Below are positions 1 to 12,330 of a stretch of 64,000 nucleotides of DNA, piece after piece. The stretch is taken from positions 653,262-717,261 of the forward strand of contig NW_024055490.1 in assembly GCF_902713615.1 (NCBI RefSeq). The letters run 5' to 3'. The stretch is from Scyliorhinus canicula. Lineage: Eukaryota. The stretch's first letter is position 1, and each line of letters starts with the position of its first letter. The notes beneath the pieces were generated by a model. That model had not been told where the DNA came from and searched no databases. It was given only the letters and a program-made list of their open reading frames with translations. The position numbers were made by a program, and so were the translations under genes.

Positions 1-490
1 CCTGTTTCATCGCGCCTCCTGTGACACCAACAATTTCACAATCGATTACAGAGGTTGGATTCTGCTGTTATTGTTTCTGCTCTACAGCCAGGACTGCATT
101 TTGTTCCTTCTGACAGGTGGTCAGTGGGGATGGTCGGAGGGTTTCTTTCTGCTGGACTGGCTGGTCTCACCACTTTGCCTCCAGTGGGCTGATTCTCTTT
201 GAGCCTTGTTGCTAATACCTGGCTTCAAATTGCACAAGGATCACAAAGTGAAAGGGTGTTTGGAAGTTAGAAGATGTTTAGTTTCCATTTCTGTTTCAAA
301 CCCCACAAAGCATACCATGTTGCCATGGAGATGGACCCTGGTGGTTACCTGGTTCTTTTGTTTAATTTATGTGGGTGTTCCTCACACAAGAAACCTATCA
401 GGGTTTGAGGCGCAAGTTGTCTGAGGTGGACTGGGAAACTGATTGGTACAGGGAATACCTAATATTTAAGGAATTATTACATATTTATCA

Positions 491-715
491 GGGGGTCGGT
501 TAGCTCAGTTGGCTGGACGGCTGGTTGGTGATGCAGAGCGAGGCCAACAGTGAGGATTCAACTCCCGTACTGGTTGACTCTATTCAGGAAGGCCCCACCT
601 TCTCAAACAGGCCCCTTGCCTGAGGTGGCTGACCCTCAGGTTAAATCACCTCCAGTCAGCTCTCGCTCTCTGTCAAATGGGAGAGAAGCCTATGGTCCTC
701 TGGGATTTTTGCGAC
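491..715 (+). mobile_element. tRNA-derived SINE (Deu/SacSINE-like)
   Basis: tRNA-like head GGGGTCGGTTAGCTCAGTTGG with A/B-box-like motifs, followed by a central block CCCCTTGCCTGAGGTGG..CCCTCAGGTTAAATCACC; family assignment from memory only. Confidence 0.55.
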
Positions 716-891
716 TTTTATTTCACATTATTATGGGCCAGGGATTAGCGAACACCAAAGTTTGTTTTTCCTCTGGAAGGTAACTCAACAATTTATCCCA
801 ATTTTTAAGAACATCCTCGTTTTACAATTTAATTTGAGTGATGTCAATTCAAAGTCATCTGGATTTGGTTCGTCACTTTGAGTTTAAATTA

Positions 892-2197
892 TTAACACCT
901 CCTCCTTTGCTCTCCCCTTTCAAAGTACCTTTTAAGCATATTCACATGACACACTCGGTGAGTTTTCCTTCTATCTGGCATTCTTACCACATAATTCACC
1001 TCACTTAATTTCCTTTCAATCTGATAAGGTCTACAAAACCTTGCTTTTAAAGGTTCACTTACCATTGGTAATAACACTAAAACTTTACCTCCACTGGCAA
1101 AACTACAAACTTTTGCTTTCTTGTCCGCTATCCATTTCATCACATTTTGTGCAACTTTGAATGTTGTCCAGCCAATCCCCCTGCTCTATTTAATCGTTCC
1201 CTAAAATTTGACACGTAATCCAATAGTGTAAGTTCCGACTGCTGACTCACCAAATTTTCCTTTATCAATTTAAGTGGTCCACTTACCTCATGACCAAAAA
1301 TTAGTTCAAAAGGACCTGAATTTGGTTGACTCATTAGGTGCATCCCTATTGCAAACAGTACGAATGGAATTCCTTTGTCCCAATGCTCTGGATAATCGTG
1401 ACAATAAGCCTCAACATTGTCTCTAATGTCTGATGCCACCTTTCTAATGCTCCCTGCGATTCTGGATGGTACACAGTTGATTTAAATTAGTTTTATTCCT
1501 AAGCTAGCCATAACTTCTTTGAATAACCTTAAGGTAAAATTTGATCCTTGATCCGATAGTATTTCTGTGGGTAGTCCATATTGAGTAAAGAATTTAAGTA
1601 ACTCCTCCACAATCTTTCTAGCTGTAATTTTACATACTGGAATGGCCCAGGCAACGTAATAGACACATCCATTATAGTTAAAAGATATTGATTCCCACTT
1701 TTCATTTTAGGAAGCGGTCCTACGCAATCAATTAAGACTCTTGTAAAAATGTTCCTCAAATGCTGGAATGGGTATTAAGGGCGCTGGTTTTATCACTGCT
1801 TGAGGTTACTCTATCAATTGGCATGTGTGACATGATCGACAAAATTTAACTTCATCTTTCTGCAGTCCAGGCCAATTAAAAGGTTTTGGTTTTTTAGCTT
1901 GAGTTTCCACACTCCCAAATAACCTCCCATTGGTACCTCATGTGCTACTCGCAACATCTCCTTTCTATACTCTACCGGCAATACCACTTGATGAACTTCT
2001 GCCCACTTTTCATCCGCCTGCATATGTAAAGGTTTCCATTTTCTTATCAAGACATCATTTTTACGGTAATAACACTCTGGTATACACCCAGATTCCCCTT
2101 CCGTGTATGCTTTCTGATACGTCCGTTTTATTTCTTTATCTTTCTGTTGTAACTCCGCCGATTTTCCTGAGCTAAAAATATCCGCCTCATCCTCCAC
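892..2197 (-). pseudogene. Gypsy integrase relic (frameshifted)
   Basis: ORF fragments 1814-2197 (HEVPMGGYLG), 1529-1759 (LIDCVGPLP..YLLTIMD), 1140-1439 and 892-1143 (C-terminal GPY-like module). Confidence 0.8.
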
Positions 2198-2251
2198 CTG
2201 TTCTGTTCTTTTCCAACCATCTGATCAAAAATCGTTTCTGGTAATTGCACT

Positions 2252-2435
2252 TGAAATGAAATGAAAATCGCTTATTGTCACGAGCAGGCTTCAATGAAGT
2301 TACTGCTGAAAAGTAAAAGTCACCACATTCCGGCGCCTATCCGGGGAGGCTGGTACGGGAATCGAACTGTGCTGCTGGACCTGCTTGGTCTGCTTTAAAA
2401 GCCAGCAATTTAGCCGAGTGAGCTAAACCAGCCCC
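2252..2435 (-). mobile_element. tRNA-derived SINE with (TTTCA)n tail, inserted in the Gypsy element
   Basis: GGGGCTGGTTTAGCTCA head on the minus strand; same family recurs at about 13495-13600, 16810-16975, 25600-25755, 28105-28290, 43740-43890, 48841-49012, 50870-51035 and 51470-51650. Confidence 0.75.
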
Positions 2436-2746
2436 ATCATCTTCAATCTCTTTGATTTCTCCTCTTGTCTTTACCTGTGATTTTGCGACCTCGTTACTAC
2501 ACAATCCAGAAAAATCCCAGGATATTCGTCCTTCAACACTTCAGTTGTCTGATTTTCCACTGGCTTATCAACCACAGTAGGCATCACTCCCACCTCCAAT
2601 CCAGCTATATCATTACCCAAGATAAACCGTATTCCTGGACAACATAGTTTCTCTTGTTCTTACTACCACTTCACCATTCTTCACTGGACTTTCCAACCTT
2701 ACCTTATATAATGGAACACTACTCTTCTCACCCTGAATTCCACATA

Positions 2747-4547
2747 TTAGCACCATTTCTGGCAACATTCTTCCCAAACTACATAACTCCTCATCTCTGA
2801 CATTAAAGATTGACTAGCTCCCTCATCTCTTAAAATTGTGACTTTTTTACCTGCTCCTCCTGATACACATGTGTAAAATTTACCCACACAAGTAAATTCT
2901 TTAAAGAGATCTGGCACCTTCTTATCAGTCACCACTTGATCAGGCTGTACAATCTTTTGCACCTCCTTCGCTTCACTTGGGCTTTCCTTTCCCACTTTAA
3001 CAAACCCCACTGTCTTATCCTGTTTTACCACATCAGCCTTCCCCGTGCTTTTCTTCAACCACCAACACTGTGACTTTACATGGCCTAGTTTATTACAGTG
3101 AAAACATTTGAAACTTTTCATTTCCCTTCCACCCTCCTGGATTTCCTTTTTAATCTGAGGTATGCTCTCCTTATTATCTCCCATCAGACCTCCTTTACCT
3201 CTCCCACTTAAGTATTTCTCTTTTCCCCAGTTTCTGACCTTCACAGGCTGAAACTGATGTCGGAAACCAGCTTTGATTATTAACTAAATTAATAATCATC
3301 TGCCATTTCTGCTGCTAACCTCGCAGTTTTAACCCTTGCTCTTCCACATGAGTTCTCACTACAGCAGGAATTGGAATTTTTTAAACTTCTCCAAAAGTAT
3401 AATTTCACTAAGAGCTTCATACGTGTGGTCTATTTTCATCCACCTTTCAAAATTACTCTGATCCTTTCAAATTCCATGTATGTTTGACCAGGTTCTTTCC
3501 TTAAATTTCTAAAACCTTTGCAGGCTTCAGGCCACTAGTTCATATGCCACCCAAGATGGATTTTTTCACCTCCTCATACGTCCCAGATACCTCCTCTGAT
3601 AGTGATGCAAACATTTCACTAGCCCTACCTCCCTGCTTTGTTTGAATCAGTAATACCCACATGTCCTGTGACCATGTCATTTGTTCAGCCAGCTTCTCAA
3701 ATGAAATGAAAAAGGCTTCTATCTCCTTCTCATCAAATCTTGGCAATGCTTGGACATATTATATAGCTAACCACCAAACCTTCGACTAAGATGCTCTTTC
3801 TCTTTATCCTTATCACCAGCCTCCCTACAACTGTATGTTTCCCTTTACATCCGCCAATTTTAACTGACTCATGTCACATGGCCATTTTCTGAAGTTCAAA
3901 CTCTCTTTTGCCTTTTCCTCTCTTTTTCTTTTTGTTGTGCTGGGGCTATTCTTTCTTTGTTTCTTTCTTCTCTCTCTTTTCCTTTTCCCTGATCTGTATC
4001 TCCCTTTCTCTCTCTTTTTCTCTCGTTTTGTATTCAAGCTGCTTTTAAAAAAAATAAATTTAGATTACCCAATTATTTTTTCTATTAAGGGGCAATTTAG
4101 CGTGGCCAATCCACCTACTCTGCACATTTTTGCGTTGTGGGGGCGAAACCCACGCAGACACGGGGAGAATGTGCAAACTCCACACGGACAGTGACCCAGA
4201 GCCGGGATCGAACCTGGGACCTCAGCGCCGTGATGCGGTTGTGCTAACCACTAGGCCACCGTGCTGCCCGTATTCAAGCTGCTTTAATTCTTTTTCATGT
4301 TCAAGTGGCTTGTGATTTGTAACTGAATTTTTGCCATTTCTACTGAGTCAGACTGTATCTCAGACAATTTTAAATGCTCAACTAGCGCTGTAAGTACCTC
4401 TACTTTTAGTGTGCTGTCAGGTAACGCTAACTGCAATGTTTTTGCCAATCTAAAAGCCTTTTTTAGTCTCTGTTTGTAAGGTACTGCATGTGACCTTCTC
4501 CACCCCCAAAATGCCCGAGCCTCTGAAAGAGCCAGTGTCCACAACAC
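2747..4547 (-). pseudogene. Gypsy gag (SCAN-like capsid, CCHC knuckle) and protease relic
   Basis: Fragments PRFDEKEIEAFFISFEKLAEQMTW, FKCFHCNKLGHVKSQC and VTILRDEGASQSL; interrupted by a SINE at 4046-4269. Confidence 0.75.
4046..4269 (-). mobile_element. HE1/V-SINE-type shark SINE with 16-bp TSD
   Basis: TSD GTATTCAAGCTGCTTT at 4030-4045 and 4270-4285; head GGGCAGCACGGTGGCC..TGGTTAGCAC; related copies at about 15650-15990, 17860-18170, 19075-19400, 23185-23530, 29100-29450, 40200-40480 and 52600-52810. Confidence 0.8.
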
Positions 4548-4656
4548 ACTCCCTACTTAAAGTGGAATTCCACACCTGAAATGCAAAGACAAATATGCTC
4601 ATCCCTCACTGTCTTTGAGTTCGCTAAGCCAACCCAATCACAAATGATAGACTTTT

Positions 4657-4674
4657 ATCCCAGACTAGCCCCCA
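4657..4674 (-). promoter_or_regulatory. Primer-binding site, tRNA-Pro type
   Basis: TGGGGGCTAGTCTGGGAT matches the complement of the tRNA-Pro 3' end (TGGGGGCTCGTCCGGGAT) with 2 mismatches, next to the LTR end. Confidence 0.75.
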
Positions 4675-4677
4675 ATT

Positions 4678-5230
4678 TATTATGGGTCAGGGTTTAGTGA
4701 ACACCAAGTATACCATGGAGTTCACCCACAACTTTAAATAGATTTTGGTTATGGGGAGCACAAGGCCCACTCTACAGGTGTGATGTAACAGAGAGCTAAA
4801 GTATGTTTAAAACAAAAACAATGTTTATTCTATGAATCCAGTTAACATTTTATAAACAAATAGTAAACAGTTTATCAACTACCAATGCTGACCCCCCACA
4901 AAGATACAGTATTCTATAGATAACCCTTGATAACCTTCCAAACAGCATCCACAAGTTAAACCCTTTTAAAATAAAGACAGCTGGTTTAAATTCTCTACAG
5001 AAACAGGTATTACTTTGAAATCATCAAATGATGTTTAGATTGCAGAGAGAGATCATAACATCTTCTTGCTGTGAATGCAGCTCTTCACCTCTGAAACAAA
5101 ACCAAAAACACACTGCAGCTGCCATCTCAAAAACAAAAGTGAAAGACAGACAGCCCAGCTCCTCCCACACACTGACATCACTGCAGCTATTTGATAAACA
5201 CTCATTTGTTAAAGGCACATCCTCCTGACA
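4678..5230 (-). repeat. 5' LTR of the Gmr1-like element
   Basis: Begins TGT, ends ..CCCATAATA and is followed by the PBS; its 3' end is duplicated at 729-760. Confidence 0.7.
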
Positions 5231-5309
5231 ACATGTATACAATAATATAGATTTCTTCAAGGAACAAAAATCCAACAGGAAAAGTGATGTAACCGTGGAG
5301 AACAGAACA

Positions 5310-5800
5310 GTTAAAGATTCATGAGATCCATTAGAATTAGCAAACGGAGGACCAAGAAACTGATGAGAGCAAACTGGCGAGAGAACATAAAAAACGACTG
5401 GAAAAGCTGCCATAGGAATGTGAAAAGAAAGATTAGCAAAGACCAATGTGGGTCCATTCCAGGCAGAGACAGGAGAGTTTATAATGGGAGTAAGGAATGG
5501 CAGAGAAACTAAACAATGTGCGTTTGTCTTCACAGAGGAAGATACAGAAACTGTCCCCAAAACACCAGAGAACCAAAGGACTGGCAGAGATTAGTATTGG
5601 TGAAAAAGTCGTACTGGAGAAATTAATGGGGTTGAAAGTTAATAAAACCCAAAAGCTGATGATCTACATCCCAGAGTGTTGAACGAGGTGGCTGTAGAGA
5701 TCTCTATTCCTCATTCTAAATTCTCCTGACTCCATCTGTAATGGACAAACCTTTGTCTTAGCCAAACATTTCCTTTTTATGTAGCATAGAAACTTTTACA
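5310..5800 (+). mobile_element. CR1-type LINE ORF2 fragments
   Basis: Degenerate peptides EKVVLEKLMGLKVNK and IYIPEC typical of the CR1 RT N-terminal region. Confidence 0.55.
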
Positions 5801-6678
5801 ATCCATTTTTCTGTATTGTGCCAGTTCACATTCTATTCTGTGGCCGCCCTCAAATGGTGTCCAGCAAAGGCATGCTGGGAAAGTGGTCATGTTTTATGCA
5901 CAGGCAGGTTGCAGAACAGATCAAACAAGTTGCAGCAAAAGGGTTTGCAGACTTCAAAATATTTACAGGTTTATGCAAATAACATAAGCAAATGGCCATC
6001 TCCAGGCCATCTCCAGGAACAATAGAATTGTCCTGTCATTCACGCTTCTTTACCAGACACAGCGGCACCTAAATTCCTTTGGAAAGCCTACCTGCCCCGA
6101 ACACTTCCAGGCATGGTCACTGAGTGCCCACCCCAAAATTGACGTGGCAGCCCCTGATTGGACTTGATCGATCAGGCTGATTGATCCATGATCAATATGA
6201 TTGACAAATGACCAGAGACCACCCTCCAAGTGGAGGAAATTGAAGCAGGGTTTTAAAAGGTTCTGCACAGTTTAGAATCCCTCTGCAGCAGTAACCAACA
6301 ACGGTGACTTCCACTGGTCGGACGAAGTAGACCATCACCCGACCAACTGAAGGAGGACCAGAGCCAGGGACAGACCAGACCCAAGGACTGAACATTGGGG
6401 ACTACAAGATTCGGGATACAGATAAAGGCCAATATCTGGACTTGCTAGTCACTTTGAAGTTAAGACATAGACATAGAATTTACAGTGCTGAAGGAGGGCC
6501 ATTCGGCCCATCGAGTCTGCACCGGCTCCTGGAAAGAGCACCCTACCCAAGGTTAACACCTCCACCCCTGTCCCCATAACCCAGTAACCCCATCCAACAC
6601 TAAGGGTTAAGTTAAGGTCTTGTGCATAATAGCTTTGTCGTTTGAGTTAAATGTGTGTGATCAATTTACAGTAACAAT

Positions 6679-9600
6679 GGACTTCCGGTGTGCAGCATGA
6701 AGTGAGTGAGCACACAGAGGCAGCTCCTGCCCAAGGTTACAGAAAGAGCTCTTTTTTGGGCGGCACAGGTTGGAATTTCGATGAAAAGCCGTAGGTGAAT
6801 GTTCAAGGAGTACTTTCCCCCCAGGAATAGTATGTTTCTGGGTTATCAGACCCTCAGAAACAGTGCAGATTGGGCGGAAAGCAGCAGCAAACATAGCCTC
6901 TACAAGCAGGCAGGCGGGGGAAGGGCCAGCTCAGATTTCTCAAGCTGACTTGAGGGCCTTTATGAAGCTGAATTCTAGCAGCAGTCGACGCTGTCCCGAC
7001 GAATCCCAGTGGGGGAAGGTGTCTAGAGGAGCATTCCCCATAATTTATGGTGCTCACCCGGAGTGGGGCAAAGGAAAAAGCTGCAGCAGCTCCCCAAGAA
7101 AAGCAGGGGAAGAAAGACAAAATGGCGGCCGGTGGAACACCCGAGGACTGGTGGAATGGGCGCAGGAGCAGCAGGCCTCTCTTCTGCGCTGTTTTGCGGA
7201 GCTGAAGGCTGAGTTGCTGGACTCCCTAAATGCAACTACAAAACAAGCTGCTTGGGTACCCAGGCGGCGTCCATTCGGGAGTTGCAAGCAGCAGGCCGCT
7301 GAGAGGGAGGAGGAAGCCGTGGTCCTCGTGGGAAAGTGGAGTTGCCGAGGCACTTCACAAAAGTGGCAAGACCGCATGGAGGAGCTGACGTTCGCACGAG
7401 GTGGAAAGAATTTGAGGATCCTGGGCCTGGCGGAGGGGCTGGAGGGGTCGGATCTCCCGGCGTATGTGACCACGATGTTGAGCTCGTTGAGGGGAGCGGG
7501 GTCCTTCCATTTGCCCCTGGAGCTTGAGGGAGCTCATCGAGTGATGGCCAGGAGGCCTAAGGCAAATGAACCCCGCGGGCGGTGCTGGTGCGGGTTCCAT
7601 CGGTTTAGTGACCGGGAGTGTGTGCTGCGCTGGGCCAAGAAAGAGAGGAGCAGCAAGTGGGAGAATTCGGTGGTGCGAATCTACCAGGACTGGAGTGCGG
7701 AGGTGGCAAAGCGGCGGGCCGGGTTCAAACCGGACGAAGGCGGTGCTGCATGCCAAGCAGGTCAGATTTGGAATGCTGCAGCCTGCGCGTCTGTGGGTGA
7801 CATAAGGACCGGCACTCACTACTTCGAGTCCCTGGAGGAGGCGTGGCCTTTGTACAGGCGGAGAAGCTGGACTCAAACTAGGGTCTGGGGACACACTATG
7901 GGCCGTTGCTGTTTCACTGTCGCTGTTCTTCATTTTGACAGGTGTATTTTTAAGCTGGTTTTCTTTTTGCTCTGTTTCCGGGTGGGTTGTCTGTTGGGTA
8001 TGGGTGTGGGGAACGTTGGGGGTATGTGCTTTATATGTTCTCTTCTGTACGGGGCTGGGGGTTGGGGTGAAACTGGATTTTGAGGAGCTGTGTCAGAAGG
8101 GTGGGGTGTGGCAGTGTGAAAGCACGGCTTTCCTCTGATGTCCGCGCTGCGGGGCGGGGGGGCGGAGCTGGCAGGTGGGGCGTGGCCTTCACTGGTTTTC
8201 TTTCCCCCGCTGAAGCAGTGCCAAGGAGGTGTGGCAAGAGGGGGATGACCCCATGCCGGGGAGGAGATGGGTTTTGGCGGGAGCTGCTGGGTCAGCAGAA
8301 GTCAGTGACTCACGGAAGTACCATGGAGGGTGTGTCGCGGCTGGAGGGGTCCTAGCGTGGGGGGGTGGGGGGGGATACCGGGTTGCTGCTGGAATGGGCC
8401 AGGAAGGAGCTGGTGTGGGCCGGGTGGGGTAGAAGAGAGGCGTTATCGCCATGGGGAACGGGTCAGGCGGGGTCGGCTGGCCTGGGACGAGCAGTCGATA
8501 AGCGATGGCTAGCCGGCAGGGGAGAGGGGCAGGTTGCCCTCTGATCCGGCTGATTACCTGGAACGTGAGGGGGACTGAATGGGCCGGTTAAGAGAACTAG
8601 GGTATTTCTCATCTGAAGGGGCTGAAGGCGGACGTGGCTATGCTCCAGGAGACCCACTTGAAGGTGGCGGACCAGGTTCGTCTGAGGAAGGGGTGGGTGG
8701 GGTAGGGTTTTCACTCAGGAATTGATGCGAAGAACCGGGGGGGTGGCGATTCTGGTGGGGAAGAGGGTGGCGTTCTAGGGCGGCTGAGGTGGTGTCGGAC
8801 AAGGAGGGCAGGATATATATGGTGAAGGGTAGGCTTGCAAGGAGAGAAGGTGGTGCTGGTTAATGTATATGCCCCGAATTGGGATGATGCCGGCTTCATG
8901 AGGCGCTTGTTGGGCCGCATTCCGGACCTGGAGGCGGGGGGCTGCTCATGGGGGGAGACTTTAACACAGTGCTGGATCCCCCACTGGACCGGTCCAGTTC
9001 AAGGATGGGTAGGAGACTGGCGGCGGCCAAAGGTGCTGAGGGGGTTTATGAACCAGATGGGAGGGGTGGATCCCTGGAGTTTGGGAGACGGAGAGCGCGG
9101 GAGTATTCCTTTTTCTCCCATGTCCATAGGGTCTATCCCGAATAGATTTTTTTCATCTTGAGCAGGGAATGATCCTGAAGGTGCAGGATGCAGAGTATTC
9201 GGCCATAGCGATTTCAGACCATGCTCCGCACTGGGTTGATCTGGAGATGGGGGGAGGCGGGGACCAGCGCCCGCTCTGGCGCCTGGATGTGGGGATGCTG
9301 GCTGATGGGGAGGTGTGTAGGAGGGTCCGGGGAAGTATTGCAGGGTACCTGGATACCAACGACACGGGGGAGGTCCGGGTGGGGATGGTCTGGGAGGCTC
9401 TGAAAGCAGTGATCCGGGGGGAGCTGATCTCCATCCGGGCCCATAGGGAAAGGAGGGAGAGGAAGGAGAGGGAGAGACTGGTGAGGGAGCTCCTGGATGT
9501 GGACAGGAGATACGTGGAGGCACCGGAGGAGGGGTTGCTGGTGGAACGGCGCAGTTTGCAGGCCAAATTTGACTTGTTGACCACCAGAAAGGCGGAGGAG

Positions 9601-12330
9601 ACACAGTGGAGGAGGTCACATATGAGTATGGGGAGAAGGCGAGCAGGATGTTGGCGCATCTGCTCCGCAGGCGAGATGCGGCTAGGAAAATTGGTGGAGT
9701 GACGGATAGGGGTGGGAATGTAGTGCAGAAGGGGACAGAAGTAAATGGGATCTTTAGGGACTTCTACGAGGAACTGTACCGGTCAGAACCTCCGATGGGG
9801 AGAGGGGGGATGGAGAGCTTCATGAACAGGCTATGTTTCCCAAGGGTTCAAGAGGAGCTGTAGAGGGGCTGGGGGCGCCGATAGAGTTGGAGGAGCTAGT
9901 CAGGGGGATTGGACAAAGGCAGTCAGGTAAGGCGCCGGGCCGGACGGGTTCCCGGTGGAATTTTATAAAAAGTATGCGGATCTGGTGGGCCCCGTGTTGG
10001 TGCGAGCCTTCAATGAGGCATGGGGGGGGGGGGGGGCTTTGCCCCCGACGATGTCGCGGGCACTGATCTCTCTGATCCTGAAGCGGGATAAGGACCCCTT
10101 GCAGTGTGGATCATACAGGCCTATCTCGCTCCTCAATGTTGACGCTAAGTTGCTGGCGAAGATCCTGGCCACCAGGATAGAGGACTGTGTGCCAGGGGTG
10201 ATACACGAGGATCAGACAGGATTTGGCAAGGGACGGCAGCTCAACACGAATGTGCGGAGACTGCTAACTGTTATTATGATGCCGGCAGTGGAGGGGGAGG
10301 CGGAGATAGTGGTGGCGCTGGATGCGGAGAAAGCGTTTGATAGAGTTGAGTGGGGGTACCTGTGGGAGGTGCTGGAGCGGTTCGGATTCGGGGAGGGATT
10401 CATCAAATGGGTGAGGCTGCTCTACGAGGCTCCGATGGCAAGTGTAGTTACCAATGGAAGGAGATCGGAGTACTTTAGACACTACCGTGGGACCAGGCAG
10501 GGGTGCCCCCTGTCCCCCTTGCTCTTTGCACTGGCGTTTGAACCTTTGGCTATGGCGTTGAGGGAGTCAGGGAGATGGAGGGGTCTGGTGCGGGTGGGGG
10601 AGGAACATCGTGTATCGCTGTATGCGGGCGACCTGCTGTTGTATGTGGCAGATCCAGAAGGGGGAATGCCGGGGGTGATGGAGCTGTTAGCGGAATTTGG
10701 GGGCTTCTCGGGCTATAAGTTAAATTTAGGCAAGAGTGAGGTATTTGTAGTACACCGGGTGATCAGGAGGATGGAATTGGGAGACTCCCATTTAAGAGGG
10801 CCGTGAAGAGTTTCAGATACCTGAGGGTGCAGGTGGCCAGGAGTTGGGGGACTTTCCATAAGCTTAATTTTACCAGGCTGGTGGAGCAGATGGAGGAGGA
10901 ATTTAAAAGGTGGGACATGGTACCGCTATCGTTGGCGGGAAGAGTGCACTCCGTCAAAATGACGGTTCTCCCGAGGTTCTTGTTCCTTTTTCAGTGTTTG
11001 CCCATCTTTATCCCTAGGGCCTTTTTTAGAAGGGTGACTAGCAGCATCATGAGCTTTGTTTGGGCGCATGGGACCCCGAGGGTGAAGAGGGTCTTCTTGG
11101 AGCGGGGTAGAGAGGGGGGGGGGCTGGCGTTACCCAATCTCTCGGGGTATTATTGGGCGGCCAATGTGTCGATGGTGCGCAAGTGGGTAATGGAGGGGGA
11201 GGGGGCAGCATGGAAACGGATGGAGAGGGCGTCCTGTGGAGATACAAGCCTGGGGACCCTGGTAACGGCGCCGTGGCCGCTCCCTCCTACGAGGTATACC
11301 ACGAGTCCGGTGGTGGCGGCTACCCTCAAGATTTGGGGGCAGTGGAGGCGACACAGGGGAGAAGTGGGGGGCTCGATGGAGGCTCCGTTAAGGGGGAACC
11401 ATAGGTTCGTCCCGGGGAACATTGATGGGGGATTTCAGGGTTGGCACAGAGCGGGCATCAGACAGCTGATGGGAGGTTTGCGAGCCTGGGGAGTTGGAGG
11501 AGAAATTTGGGCTCCCCCCGGGGAACATGTTCAGGTATCTGCAGGTAAAGGCATTTGCTAGGCGGCAGGTGGAGGGATTCCCTTCGCTTCCCGCGAGGGG
11601 GGTGAGCGACAGGGTGCTTTCGGGGGTCTGGGTCGGAGAGGGGAAGATATCTGATATCTACAAGGTTATGCAGGAGGCAGAGGAGGCATCAGTAGAGGAG
11701 CTGAAAGCTAAGTGGGAGGGGGAACTGGGGGAACAGATCGAAGACGGGACATGGGCTGATGCTCTGGAGAGGGTTAATTCTTTCCTCGTGTCCGCGGCTT
11801 AGCCTCATCCAATTCAAGGTACTGCATAGGGCCCACATGACTGGACGAGGATGAGTAGGTTCTTTGGGGGTGAAGACAGGTGTGTCAGGTGCTCGGGGAG
11901 TCCAGCGAACCATGCCCATATGTTCTGGGCATGCCCGGCACTGGAGGAGTTCTGGAAGGGGGTGGCGAGGACGGTGTCGAGGGTGGTGGGATCCAGGGTC
12001 AAGCCAGGATGGGGACTCGCGATTTTTGGGGTTGGGGTGGAGCCGGGAGTGCAGGAGGCGAAAGAGGCCGGTGTGCTGGCCTTTGCATCCCTAGTAGCCC
12101 GGCGAAGGATCTTGCTACAATGGAAGGATGCGAGGCCCCCAAGCGTGGAGACCTGGATCAATGACATGGCGGGTTTCATTAAGCTAGAGAAGGTCAAATT
12201 CGCCCTGAGAGGGTCGGTACAAGGGTTCTTTAGGCGGGTGGCAACCTTTTCTCGACTTTCTGGCTCAACGATAGGGTACAGGGACAGTAGCAGCAGCAAC
12301 CCGGAGGGGAGGTGGGAGAAGGGGGGGGGG
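6679..12330 (+). mobile_element. Full-length L1-clade LINE, decayed (ORF1, plus ORF2 with APE endonuclease and RT)
   Basis: ORF1 6863-8083 (RGGKNLRILGLAEG..LEGAHRV..RIYQD); endonuclease start IRLITWNVRGLNG at about 8540; RT 9955-10806 (YRPISLLNVDAK, RQGCPLSP, LYAGD); many frameshifts at G runs. Confidence 0.9.

Larger units (their letters stand above)
729..5230 (-). mobile_element. Internally deleted Gmr1-like Ty3/Gypsy LTR retrotransposon (gag-PR-INT; RT/RH and most of the 3' LTR lost)
   Basis: 4-bp TSD ACAT at 725-728 and 5231-5234; 5' LTR starts TGTCAGG at 5230; the LTR-end sequence TATTATGGG.CAGGG.TTAG.GAACACCAA recurs at 729-760; gag (EAFFISFEK, CFHCNKLGHVKSQC), PR (LRDEGASQS) and integrase (LIDCVGPLP, GPY-like RFCRPY..HVNMLK) relics occur in that order with no RT between PR and INT. 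Confidence 0.8.
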
